Assembly: GCF_000143415.4 (NCBI RefSeq)
Contig: NW_003314263.1
Location: 622,165-686,164, forward strand
Length of the DNA stretch: 64,000 nucleotides
Reading direction: 5' to 3'
DNA from: Selaginella moellendorffii
Taxonomy: Eukaryota > Plantae > Lycopodiophyta
Below, one piece after another: positions 46,991-60,300 of the stretch. The notes beneath the pieces are model-generated. The model had not been told where the DNA came from and searched no databases. It saw only the letters and a list, made by a program, of their open reading frames with translations. Made by a program: the position numbers and the translations under genes. Within the stretch, counting starts at the first letter, position 1. The number at the start of each line of letters is the position of its first letter.

Positions 46991-49900
46991 TTCTTTTCTT
47001 TCGGACTCCATCTCGGACTCCGTCTCAGTCCATCTCGGACTCCATCTCGGGTCCATCTCGGACTCCATCTTGGGTCCATCTCGGACTCCATCTCGGACTC
47101 TGTCTCGGTCCATTTCGGACTCCATCTCGGACTCTACCTCGGACTCTAACTCGGGTCCTTCTCGGGCTCCACTTCGGACTCCAACTCGAGTCCATCTCAG
47201 GCACTTCCACGTGTCATGTGTTGGTCCTTTTGGGGTCCCTTTTTGGAGCCTCGCTTTTTGCTCGCTTCGTGCTCGTTCCTCGAGCACTTCGTTGGGAGTT
47301 CCACTCCCGCTCTTGACTTTTCAAGTCGGAGCTTTTGGTCCAAACGTGTTACGCTCGTTTGGCTCTCGCTTCGGCCACTACCACGTGGCGCCCTTCCGGC
47401 TCCACTTTGGGGCCTAGGGATTTTGTGTCTCACAACTCCACCACCCATAGACGAAGTTCAATGTCCTCATCGAACGATAAACCATCTTATAAAGTAACAC
47501 CCGCATGTGTTACCATTTCCATCCTTGGCACCTAACTAATATTTGTCAATGGTTTGACATTGAAGGCTCACCATGCCTTCTCCATATTCATCAATGGTTT
47601 GACATTGAAGGCTCACCATGCCTTTTGCATATTCCTCAATGGTTTGACACCAAAGGCTCACTATGCCTTACCTATCCTCTAAGGAGGGTAGTCTCCCCAA
47701 CTTAGAGACTGATTGGACCACATGTAGTGGTTCTCTCCTTTTATTGGTTTAGTTCTCGTTAAACCCCTTAGAGACCTTTCTCTAAGTCAATCCCACTACT
47801 CCTTCTCGAGTAGTCTCAATTTCCATCTATTGAACGTTTGCACCTTGGAACTTTTACTCTTTTGACTTTTGGAAGTCAATTTCCTAGGTGTCTCTAACAC
47901 CTTGCATTGCACAGATTGTGCAACTCCACTTCCCCATCCTAGGAAGTTCATTACTTGAGGGCATCATCATCCTCTCTTCTATTTTGTGCCACCTTAGGCA
48001 CTAAGTTCCATTTATCATACTTTGTGCTAAGGCTGTCCATGGCCCTATCATTTGGCTACTTTACCGCTCCCTCCCTTGGAGCTTCCACTTTCGCCAAATC
48101 GGAGCAATTCGGAATCCATCCTTGGAAACACACTTCCTTTCCCGCAATTTGTTAGCATCCAACACATTAGTGTTCCTCGCCTAACTTTGTCACTTGGATT
48201 CCTTCCAAGGGATTCCACGGCCCTATCTTGGCCACTCATCTTTTGCTCCTATCCGTTGATTGTTGCACTAAGCAACATCGAATCTCTACCTCCCTCCTTG
48301 AGGTATTTTTTTGATTCCATAGCAAAGGCTTTGCTTTGCCAAGACTAGGGTGTTCACCCCTAGTAAGTCTCTTTTAGCATCTTCTGCTGTGGGCTCTATC
48401 CACGGCCCAACTTTATGACCCTCCCATGGGTCTCTTTAGAGACTACTTTCCTTGGACACACCATGCCATCGCAATGACATAGCTCATTTCCCTAAGGTGC
48501 TTTTCCCACTTGGTCACCTTGACCAAGCCACACCATCATCAATAGTTCAAATCAACACTTTGAACTAGGAACCTTATTCTTTAACCCAACCAAGGACCTT
48601 GTCCTTATTTAGCCACAAGATCACCTAGTGATCTCACCTCGGCACCTTAACAGGTTTGCCAATAGGTACTAGGTCTTCTAGACCTTTAACTTGTTAACTA
48701 CTTGTTAACTTGTTAACTTCCAGACCCCGGGGGCATCCCCCACACTTGGCGGTGCGCCCAAGCCAGCCCTTCCGGCCAAGGGTCTATAGCAACTGAGATT
48801 AGGTGTCCCCATCTCACTCACCACGTCCTTAGTGCCACTTGCACCAAAGCGTTCAAGTTAGATATGCCGAGCTTTCACTCTAAGCAATCTAACCGTGCGT
48901 CACGACTCCGAGGCATCCCTCGCTTGGCGGTGTGCCCAAACCAGTCTCCACACTGAGAGTCCATGACCACCGAAATATGAGTGTCCTCATATTCCAAACC
49001 ATCACCACGCCCTAGTGATTTGGGACTCGAACCCAAGCACTAGAGGGTCGGGACTCGAACCCAACCTCCGTATATGCATCTATCACCCAGGATGCCTGGT
49101 GTGACTCCCCACGCCGGTGCACCAACTTATACTCAAAGCGCGCTATAAATCACAGCTTAGGAACCTAGTTCCTCCCCATTGCCAAATCCTCTCACTTGAC
49201 AAGCCTGTGATCATGCATGGACTCCTCCATGCTTGGCCCCATGGCCCACCCTTTTTGAAGTTATCACCTTCAACTAGGGTATTTGTTCCCCTGACTTGCC
49301 AATCTCGCTTTGGCAAGTCCTCCGACCACTGTAACATGGTTCCTGCACAAGCGTGAAAGCCCTTGATCATCGACTTTCGTTCAAAGACCTCTCTTTGAAC
49401 ACTCGGGAACTACTTCCCTAACCTTGATAGCCTTGCCTTATGGCAAGCTTCAAGACCACGCTTCTGCTGCGCCACTCTAATTTCGCGCGTTCCTTGAACC
49501 ATTTACGCTTGGCCTTTCTAGGTACTAAGCTACCTAGAATCCTCTTTAGGAACTTTGAAAGAACTCTGTCCCTTAGCTTACTAAGGCTTCCCTTTTTGCA
49601 AGCTTTCCAATTACCATATAGTCTAACATGGATAATTCCATATTTTAGACTCTCCATGGCATCACGGTTGCTAGCGGCAACACCCTCGAGCCCCCACTTG
49701 ATTCTCCATTCCCAGCTAGCATAACCAACCTTGGTTATGCCCTTCGATTCCTATGGTTCGGTTCTATCCCCTTACTTCTTGCTTTTGGCTTCACACCTTT
49801 CCTTCGGTCATTCTCCTCCGAACTCGAAGGATAGCTTTGCACTTTCTATCATGCCTTAGCAAGTATTCTTAGGGACGAACCTACCCGATAGCCTAGGGAG

Positions 49901-52738
49901 TGGTTCCTCAATCCAGGTATGCTCACCCTATAATCCCACACACCGGGATTACGTTGTTGCTTACGGGCCTTTGCATGCCCCTTGCTAGCCTTGCCAAAAT
50001 TCCATTTTTGGCTTTGTCCAATTCGAGTAGACAGTCTTCTCCTATCTCCGCCACCTTGGACATTTGGATAGCACCTACTATCCATCATTCGCTAGGGACT
50101 TAGTCCCTTGGGCCTTATCTACTGCCCTCGTGACATCAAACACCACCTCCTGGTGTTCCAGAATGTTCGGGTGTCCCAATGACGGCTTCCTTGACAATGA
50201 ATATTTCCTTTTATGACATTGACTTACTATATCGCAACATAAGCAACTTATCCCCCGTAAGGGTATCCCCAACTTCTCTATGCCATTAAGAAGGCTTGGG
50301 TAGCTACCTTCTACCCGTTTAACCAATTATTTTGCACCTCTTGCTTAGTTGCCTCATAGTTGTCAAGTCCTACAACTCATTGCTGGTGCTTCCACACCTC
50401 CATCATTATCTGGGTCACCACACTCTAACTGCATGCTCTGCAGCTTAGGTTATGCCATTCCCATTTCTATTGGGATTCCTTTGGCAAGGGGTCCTCATAA
50501 ACCCGCCAACATAGCCTCAAGGTATCACACCTTGGCACATTTGGTGTCTCCACACCATCAGCTTCACGAGCCTACCTCTATGACACTTCCTCTTTGTGTC
50601 TAGGTCTTTGCTAAGACCAATACCACTCTTTCTCATGCCAACCATCGGTTAGCACTGCACCATAGAGGTCACTCATAACTTTGTGTCAAAGTTGTTTTCT
50701 TTTTGGGAACACCTTTCCCACGACTTTAGCATGACACATTTTGCCATTGATGAGATACCCTCTATTCTCATGCTTGGATCCTATGATCCCCCCCCCCCCA
50801 TCCTTCGTGGGGTACCACACACCTCAGTCCAAATGCTTCCATCAGTCCTTTTAGGACCATTCCTTGACTCTACTTGAGTCATCTAGCAGTTTTGGACTTG
50901 GTTAATCCACAGACCCGTAAGGTCCCACTTGTGAGGCACTAGCTCACTGGAATACACTTCCTGCATTCCTGTCCTACTCAGAAGGACTATTTTCACAAGT
51001 GTTACTCTGGCACTTGTTTTTGTTCTCTGGGGCAACCTCTACACCTTAGGACCACTTGTCCATGTGATGAGAATACCAACTCATCTCTAAGTACACCCCC
51101 CAACTCCTTGGGCTGTTCCAGCATTTATTAAAGGTAGCCCCGGCTACCATTTCAAGGACTTGAGTCCTCTTCCGTATTTGACCTCCCACGGTCATTACTT
51201 CTGGTCTCACATTCATGAGCACTAACCTCAACTATATGAGGATAATTTTGTGACTCCCTTATTGCTTTGGAGTCTTTATCTTTCCTGTGATCCCAACTTT
51301 AGTTGTTTACCACAACTACATTGGTCATTTACTGAGTCAAATGCTCATCTGGATCACATCCTCAACTCTTTGAGGAAAACCATATACTGTTCCCAAGATC
51401 CCAAAGTCGTTCCCTTACTGGCCCCTTTTCTATCCACCACATCGCGCCCAAGTCACGCATGAACTTGAGTGGAGAGCCATGTCCCCTCGGCATGCTACTC
51501 CTTAAGGATAAGCCCACTCCTAGGACCTTCCGAAGCCAATATCAATGGTTATATACTTGAGCACCAATAAAAGTCGGACTAAGGAACAGCTCCAATACCA
51601 AATTGTAAGCGACTAAATTTTCCATTCTACTTTAGTCACTTAACCACACCTCCGACCACTTGGAGGAGTCTCATTCACAACCTCCATAAGTCCAATTCAG
51701 GACTTGGGACTTGCTAGCCCCGAGAATGGCATCCATGCCACTCAACATTTGCACTTGGTCCAAGTGCTCCACGTGTCCGATCCCATGACCGACACTCAAA
51801 GGTACCACCGACATGGCAGCCCGTTATGCTAAGGCCATGCCCAATCACCTTCGCCACACTGGTAGTCCAATACCACTTGCATCACAGTCTTGGCTCTCCA
51901 AGACTAGGCAAACCATCCGTGAGTGGTCATCTCAGATCCACTCCTTAGCATCCTTAGGATGCCCACCGACAAGGGGAATAGCCTTCCCCAATATCCCTCT
52001 GTCAATCCCCACTAAGTCCCTTTCTACCCCTGACCGTGTTTGCCAACACTACCACTGGATCGAGACCCACAGACCCGACCACTAAGTCCCACGGTCCTTT
52101 GGGACTTCCTCACCACACGACTGTGTCCTTGGTCACTACCCCAGAGGACTGCTCCTCTTCCTTACCACAGTCTGGGCCTTTGGGACAACATTTCGGAACA
52201 CCGTGGCCTTACGCGAGCCACCTGGGTACTCTCCCCGCCTTCTGCCTTTAGGTGCTCTAGCCATGGGCTTAGAGCGAGGTTCCATTGAGCCACGACAGGT
52301 ATCCAAGTAGGTAGTGCCACCCACACTTGGACTGGGAGCATCGGCCAGTCGATCTCCCGGGGGAACTAGAGCCGGCTCTTGAACACTTCACCAAGCTACC
52401 CCGCTTGTCGGTCTATGTTCACTCTAGTCTTGGACTTCCTAGTGGGCAGCTCATCACCCAACACTAGGTCCAGCCTTCCTGGGCCAAACTGGCCTTTCCT
52501 GGCCAAACTGGCTCCACTGCAGTCCTCCCCCTACTATACTTTTGGAGCTCACCAAACCCCCCAGGGTTTGGGAGACGAACGCTTTCGGCTTTCACCCTTT
52601 CAGACTCGAACTCGGACTCGGACTCGGACTCGGACTCGGACTTGGACTCGGACTCGGACTCGGACTCGAACTTGGACTCGGACTCGGACTCGGACTCGGG
52701 CTCGGTCTCGGCCTTGGCCCTTGTCTCGGTCTCGGTCC

Positions 52739-52779
<41 letters not shown>

Positions 52780-53358
52780 CCGGTCTCGGTCTCGACCTCG
52801 GACTCCATCTCGGGTCCTTCTCGGACTCCATCTCGGACTCCGTCTCGGTCCATCTCGGACTCCATCTCAGACTCCATCTTGGGTCCATCTCGGACTCCAT
52901 CTCGGGTCCATCTCGAACTCCGTCTCGGTCCATCTCGGACTCCATCTCGGGTCCATCTCGGACTCCATCTCGGGTCCATCTCGGACTCCATCTCGGACTC
53001 CATCTCAGACTCCATCTCGGACTCCGTCTCGGTCCATTTCGGACTCCATCTTGGACTCCACCTCGGACTCTAACTCGGGTCCTTCTCGGACTCCACTTCG
53101 GACTCCAACTTGAGTCTATCTCGGGCACTTCCACGTGTCATGTGTTGGTCCTTTTGGGGTCCCTTTTTGGAGCCGCGCTTTTTGCTCGCTTCGTGCTCGT
53201 TCCTCGAGCACTTCGTTGGGAGTTCCACTCCCGCTCTTGACTTTTCAAGTCGGAGCTTTTGGTCCAAATGTGTTACGCTCGTTTGGCTCTCGCTTCGGCC
53301 ACTACCACGTGGCGCCCTTCCGGCTCCACTTTGGGGCCTAGGGATTTTGTGTCTCACA

Positions 53359-54097
53359 TCCTCCCCCCTAGTATACTTTTGGAGCTCACCAAACCCCTTA
53401 GGGTCTGGGAGATGATCACTTTGGGGTTTCACCCTGGGACTCAAACTCAGACTTGAACTTGGACTTGGACTCGGACTCGGTCTCAGACTCGGCCTCGGCC
53501 TCAAAGTCCATCTCAGGTCCATCTTGGGTTCATCTCAGACTTCATCTTGGACTCTATCTCAGGTTTATCTCGGATGACTCCTTAGGTCCATCTCAAGTCA
53601 TGTGTTGTTCCTCTTGTATCCCTTTTCTAGAGACTCACTTATTGCTTGCTTCGTGCATGTTCCTTGAGCATATAAGCTCTTAAATTTGGACTTCCTAGGA
53701 GGTCACCCAATTTAATACTAATCAAACCCAATGATGCATAATCCCAAATATCCCAAGAATTTTAACCAATTAGAAAAGGGGGTGCACTCTTATTTATGGG
53801 CCCTTTCCTTCTATATTTGAACCCATATGAATCGTCTCTCAAGTCGTTCCTTGTGGTTGCTTATAAAGCACTCTATTGAGAGTTCCAATCGCACTCTTGA
53901 CTTTTCAAGTTAGAAATTTTAGTCCAAATTTGTTATGCTCATTTTGCTTCCGCTTCGGCTACTACCATATGGCACCCTTTCGGCTCCACTTTGAGACTTG
54001 GGGATTTGTGTCTCACAACTCCACCACCAATAGACAAAGTTCAATGTCCTCATCAAACAATAAACTATTTTACAAAGTAACCATATCATGGATTATT
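53359..54097 (-). mobile_element. Remainder of an old LTR (continuation of 27930-28470) plus PPT
   Basis: Degenerate LTR sequence ending TGTGTCTCACA at about 54016, followed by ACTCCACCACC. Confidence 0.75.
53671..53865. mobile_element. Cassandra-like solo LTR containing a 5S rRNA-derived segment
   Basis: TATAAGC...GCTTATA termini (decayed TG..CA); TSD GAGCA/AAGCA; the minus strand of 53688-53742 reads ...TTGGG..TAGTATTA..TGGGTGACCTCCTAGGAAGTCC, like the plant 5S internal control region. Confidence 0.7.
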
Positions 54098-54829
54098 ATG
54101 TTCAAGCGTAAACCATACTTGAGCTCACGAGTTAAACTCAATTTTAAATTGTAATTTAGTACAAACATTATAAACTTTAAAATTTTAAGGTTATGATGAA
54201 CCTAATAATTTCATAACTCTATATATTATATAGATAAAAATGTTCTAAAGGACACTTCTTGTTCTAATAATTTAAATATTTACTACATGCAATGATAGGG
54301 ATATTTGTTAGAACATAAAATAAAATGTTTGCAAAAAGAGTATTCTTGTAACTTTTTTAAATTTGTACTTTGTACTTTCTGGCTAGTAAATGTCAGGTTT
54401 GTCATAATTTTAAAATTATTAAATTTGAATTAAGATTCTATATAAGGCCATATAACCCCTCCCCATTTTCTCTTGGGGCTGCAAGTTTGCAAACGCGTGT
54501 GTGTGAGGGATGGATCCACGATTGGGACTGGAAACTTTGAGGCACGAAAGGAAAAAATAAAACTATAATGGTACATATGCTCTTGCAACAAATTGCAACA
54601 TCACACACCCAAAAGACTACTATGAAATATTTTTTGAGATAGTAAAGACAAAAATGGAGATTCATGAATGCTATAGGCAATATTGCGAAAAGAACACTCG
54701 CAAGTATATGAAATGAAAAGTGAAATAATAAAATATTTTTATCAATTATATAAGGTATAATAAGTTTATATTATTGATAGAAAATAAACATCGATAGTGT
54801 TGGAAAATCTAATTAGCTCCAAAAGTTTT

Positions 54830-56450
54830 TTACAACTCGGCAATAGTAAAGCTTGCTTGGTGTAAATGAATATCTACTTTAGGATCCTGGTGCAAGATGT
54901 TGATAAAAATGTAGTACATATGCTTGCAAGGAGTATATGCTTTCCCATATTCCTCGTGCTTTCTAAAGTTTGGACATGTGAAAGAAGGAAAGTTTTGAAT
55001 GGCAATTATGTACTCTTCACCTTCTATTTTAACTATATACTCCTTTGCAAGTGTAGTGATGTACTTCGTGGAGAGAATCTCACACTCAAGTGTTTGAGCC
55101 AAATTTATTTTATCTTTCTTCTGCTTGGAGATGGTACTAATAAATTTAACTGCTTTGCCTTTTCTTACTGACCTCTTATGCATCTCTATAGGAATAGTCC
55201 TAGTTTTATCAATCATGTCTCCAACTCTCCTTTCAAGATTGAAACTAGATTTCTCAATGTTTTCAATCTCATCTGAGATGAGCGCAACTTCATTAGCAAC
55301 CAGCCATTCTTTAGGTACTACATTAAGTTTAGTCACTATAGTGTCTTCAAGCCACTTTGTATGGTTGACATCAGTGTTGCAACAATATAGCCAACACCAT
55401 CTTGAAAATCCTACTTGCTTTCGTTCCCTATGGAAACATAGGGTTGGAATAGAAGTACACTTGTCACCACAGATCCAAGCTCAACACTTGCCCCTTAGAA
55501 GCATCCTCACATACCTTACATTTGATTTTTCTAGCACTCGACGGATTGCCCATTGCTTCAGCTCCACACTACGATAAGCAATTTCAACTTGCTATGATGC
55601 ACTTCATCAACCACTTGAGGTGGCTCGGTTCGGGGGCGATGTTTTAGAGCAAAATGATACTCAACATTAAGCTTGTGAGAGCTTTTTGCTCCAAGATCTA
55701 TGCCAACATCTTCACCAGCAAAGGAAAAGCGATGCTTTGAGCAGACGGTCTTCATGTCACCAATAGAAGCCCGAAGAGTGTACTCCATAGATGTGCTGCA
55801 AACCACTTCCTCCACTATAGTTGCCACTATTCGTGTTAATGGAATCAATTTCTTCTTCATCCGATCGTGTAACATCTCAACTAAAGGTCCTGTTTCCATG
55901 TATCTTCCTTCCTCAAATGCTAAGGCTTTTGAAGACTGCTCTACAACATGTATTAAATCTGATAGACGTGCTTTATATAGACTCATCTTCCCTTTCCCTA
56001 CCTCAAATGAACACTAGCTCCAATGCTTACTCTCTGAGAGATTCATAGTTGGTGTGTATGCAAGATCCTAAAGTGGTTGATCCTTATAAAAAGTTGATAT
56101 TAAAAAGTAATAAAAAGAGAGGAAAAAAAAAAAACCAACCTGAAAAGAGTGATGTCCCCATTAGAACATCCTAACTTCCCACCACCCCAACCACGACTCA
56201 AGTTGTGGTAAACAACTTATGTTAGTATGGCCATCTTCACGCCACCACATTCGGATCTCATTTGCTTTTGCCTCATACTCTTCTTCAGAAAGTGCAACCT
56301 GCCATTGTTTGCATAACTCCTTAAATGCTAATTGGAAATCTGGCTTGATAAGGTGGTAGTGTTGGTTTAGGCTTTGAGCTCAATGGAACAACCGACCTTC
56401 TAGGGGTTGACCATTCCCAAAGACTACCTAGACACCATTCCAATTAGCCC
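54830..56450 (-). pseudogene. MULE-like transposase C-terminal part with a SWIM zinc finger
   Basis: LFH*AQSLNQH..FKELCKQW..EIRMWW..WLGWW..WG (56140-56400); FTCPNF..YTPCKHMYYIF SWIM motif (about 54900-54990); several stops. Confidence 0.65.
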
Positions 56451-56734
56451 TAGCCCCATCACGGCCGCCGTCATTAGGGTTTTATAGAAAGTAGAGTGGG
56501 AGATTGGGATCCATCAGCGTCGAACAAAATGACACCAAGAGTAAGTTTTTTTTTCTCTTCCACTCCCTTGTCACTCCACCTCAACACCAAGCACCACAAC
56601 ACCTAGTATCACCGCCTGTGCCCAGTGCTACTATGCCCACGCCGCACTTAGCACCACCGCACCCACACCACGCACTGTCATGCCCAGCCTCTAGCACCGT
56701 CGTGCCCAGCGCCACCGCTGCCGTGCCCAGCACC

Positions 56735-57290
56735 GCCACTGCCAAGTGCCCGGCTGGCCATGGCGCTTGGGGGCAGGCTGGTACGCCGGCGAACTGGCAC
56801 CCTTGCCAAGTGCCCGAGCTGAGCACTCCACGCGGGCCGGCCATGGTGCTTGGGGGTGGGCTGGTACACTAGCGAACTGGCCCACACAGCCTTGCCCATG
56901 CCAAGTGCCCAGGCCAGGCACTTGGCCGAGCACTCCACGTGGGCTGGCCATGGCGCTTGGGGGTGGGCCGGTACGCTGGTGAACCAGTGCCTGTGTGGAG
57001 TGCCCGGGCCAGGCACTCAGCTGGGCACTCTACGCAGGCTGGCCATGGCACTTGGGGGCGGGCTAGTACGCCAGTGAACCGGCGCCTGCACCAAGTGCCT
57101 AGGCCAGGCATTTGGCCAGGCACTCCACACAGGCCAGCCATGGTGCTTGGGGGCGGCCGGTACGCCGATGAACTGGCGCTCGGGCCAAGTGCCCGGGCCG
57201 GGCACTCAGCCAGGCACTCTGCGTGGGCCAGCCATAGCACTTGGGAGTGGGCCAGTACGCTGGCGAACCTCGCCCGCTCGGCTGCACACT
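56735..57290 (+). repeat. GC-rich minisatellite, about 93-bp unit, about 6 copies
   Basis: GGCCATGG(C/T)GCTTGGGGG recurs near 56755, 56838, 56945, 57040, 57133 and 57226. Confidence 0.85.
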
Positions 57291-57359
57291 CCACGTTCCT
57301 TATGCATTTTTATGTCTTATGCATTTTTATTTCATAATGATTTTTTTTTTATTTTCAGA

Positions 57360-60300
57360 AACGAAAACAACTACAAAAGGAGAAGGATGTTAGATCAAAG
57401 AGAATAAGACATGAGGAAGATGAGATCCAGGATGACAATCAATTTGACCTTCAGATAGAGATTTCCACAGTGACAACTCTACTGTCTTCGCAACTAGATA
57501 GCTTCAGTCCACATGCACCCCCATTTTTGCCACCACTGTTATCAATGCCACCATCACCATTACCACTGCCACCACCTTCACCACCATTGCCACCTCTACC
57601 TTCATCACCACCATTACCACCACCGCTATCATCACCATTACCACCACCACTGCCACCATCATCAGCATCAGTAGCACCATTGCAACCATTGTCATCACTA
57701 CCATTGCTGCCACAACCATAAATGCCACTACTCTTAACATATTCACAAAATATGGCAGAAACTAATTATATTACGGAGCAGTGCTTAGGTGCACCTAATG
57801 GGGGTGTTGGGCCCGATTTGGGGGCTAAATCTGATAATGGTGCTATTGGAGGTGTAGTTGAAGCTGAAAGAGAAGTGGAGCTACCTGAACACATTGTAGA
57901 CAAGCGCTTCCAAGAGACAGTTTTGAGAACCAAACAAAAGGCCATTCACATGACTCTAGAGTCTCTCAAGTGGGAAGGTCTAGGAGACATGATTCGAGAA
58001 ATCCCACTATATCAATTCACTTAGACAAGCATTGTTCAGTTTGCTTCACCTCACTTCATCAACATGGACATCTATAGTTTGTACAAACAAAATGACCTTG
58101 GGACAAACATAGGTATATTCCTTGTTTCAGTCTTCAAGCCAGGAATGACAAATACCCTCTCGGTGTCACCGGAAATCGAGAGGGTTTGGGATGACATTTA
58201 GAAAATGAAGTCCCACGAATTTGACAACATGCTTATGAGCCATCCTGGGACTCAACAATTTGTGGGGAAAATGTTCTACATTATCAACAGGAATCATCAC
58301 TAGTGTGCATGGATGAAGTGCATCAATGAATGCTTCCGAGACAATCCTATCTATCACATTAATGTTTCGGTTGAACATGTATACGTGAGAGGATCTCTAG
58401 ATATGGCAAGGCTTGTGATAGCTTGCCACAAAATTAATGCGTAGCACCTCTCTCTCTTCAATCACTTTTAACAATTTGTGTTTTGCAAGCTGGGATAATT
58501 TGTAGTGCAAAAACAAAGCCTAGTACATGATATCGAGCAGATCCGATTTCTTGCCAATCTCAATGAGGATGCAATCCGGAGCCATTATGGTGATGATTTA
58601 GCATCACTTATTCGACATCAACGAGGTCATCAAGATGCCAATAGATGGTACAAGAATCCAATGGCTTTTATGACAATCGTGTGGAGTAAAGTATGTTCTT
58701 CCAAGTATACTTCTTGTCATAGAATGTTTGTGTTATCTTCAGCCATTGGTGAAGGTTAAGCAAGATGTATATGCACAGTTGCATCAAGTTGAAAATGATC
58801 AAGAACTCTTAGAGCATTTAGCTGCAATTGACAAGAAAATCAACATCATAAAGAAGACAAAGGTAAAGAAATTACTTAGTGTGGCTGACCCTTGAGGCCC
58901 AAAGGAATGGTTTGATATCATAATAGAGATTTCTTGTCATGAAAGTAAGTATTGTTTGTGTTTACATGAAGATTACTCACAAAAGTTATTTCTTAATGGG
59001 CAAGACTCCAGATGAGATTATTTACAACATCTCAAAGTCAAAGCTTACATATGAAGAACAAATGCACATTTTGAATGACCTCAATAGAAAACTCAAGGAA
59101 GGAGAAAAAGGTTTGGACAATATGATGGAGATTGTGATAAGGAGGACCATCTACATTTCACAAACTATATATGAAGGGGAGATGTTTCTAGCACCTTTCA
59201 TAAAGGATGATCTTGAGCAACTTCCATTCAAGGACTTTGTCACCACTAAGCTTACAAAACTCAGAGAGGACTAACTGCCGAAGAAGGCCACAAGCACAAC
59301 TCTATTTGATAAACAACTTGGCCAACCTTACTTCATGCGGCGAATGGCTTTCAGGTAACATACAATTTCTCAACTATACTCAATTTGTTTATATTCTATT
59401 ATAGGTATCTCCAATATAGAGGCATTCCTCTTGAAACACTAGTATGCAAACGACTTCTAAGGCATGGTGTGAGAGATGGAGGTATATACCCGACAACAAT
59501 GAAGTTTCCAGCAGTAATAAAGCGAGCTTGTCCTTGGGAATTGGAGATGCCAAATTATGCACTAACCCGTCGATAGGCTGCAAGAGGCAATAATGAAGAC
59601 GTGTTGGATGGCGAAAATGATGGCCATAAGAATGTCAACACTGTTGGTGCCAATGGCAAGGAGTGAAGATGGCGGTGAGAACAACTTGCAAAAAATTCCT
59701 CGAGACGAAGTGGAGTAAGAGAACTAGAACATATAAGAAGTTCTACCTCAACGAAAGCGTGCAAATCCACATTTGGAGGAATTAGTCAATAATGATGATG
59801 ATCGTCCAAGATGTACCCATAAGCAAGGAACTTCTCGAGGTATATTTCTCTTAATTTTCTCCTATTCTTAGTTCTTCAAAATGGTTGCAGCAAAAATTGT
59901 CGGGAGTAACTTCATTCCAGCTTGTCTTGATACCCGAAAAGAGGACCTAGAGGAACTTACATCTACCACACACCACATAACAATATATAATTTTTTCTTA
60001 AGTTCACATCTTACTTTTGTCTTCTTCCCTTAGATTTGCCCTGTTTCTCCAGTGGCATTCCGTGGTGAAGTTGGGATCTTTATTGACTCCTATAGTTCAT
60101 TGATGGCATCTTTCGAGAGGGATGCTAAGAATATGGCTATCCGGCAAAAGTGGGAGTGCTTTTGTCAGAAGATCCATAGGCGACCGCTCAAAAGCACAAA
60201 CTTCATGCTCTTTGACATGCCAGATGGTCTTCCAAATGCTAATGGTGATATCCCAAGCTGGAACATCCTAACTAAAGATCACTTAAAGGATGCATTCCTT

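Larger units (their letters stand above)
45450..53358 (-). mobile_element. Non-autonomous LTR element (5' LTR 51604-53358; internal 47435-51603; 3' LTR 45450-47434, truncated and carrying a gene fragment)
   Basis: PBS at about 51589-51600, PPT at 47435-47448; internal region colinear with 32783-36817. Confidence 0.92.

Noticed and set aside
53688-53742. Functional 5S rRNA gene
   Set aside because: Only the internal 55 or so bp match, they are degenerate, and they are embedded in an LTR-like insert with a TSD
54098-54830. TIR of the MULE-like element
   Set aside because: AT-rich sequence with no partner end visible; the other end is displaced beyond the window by the Tcn1-like insertion
57470-57721. 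Extensin-like proline-rich gene
   Set aside because: Low-complexity CCA-rich tract that is more simply an N-terminal linker of the decayed transposon accessory gene
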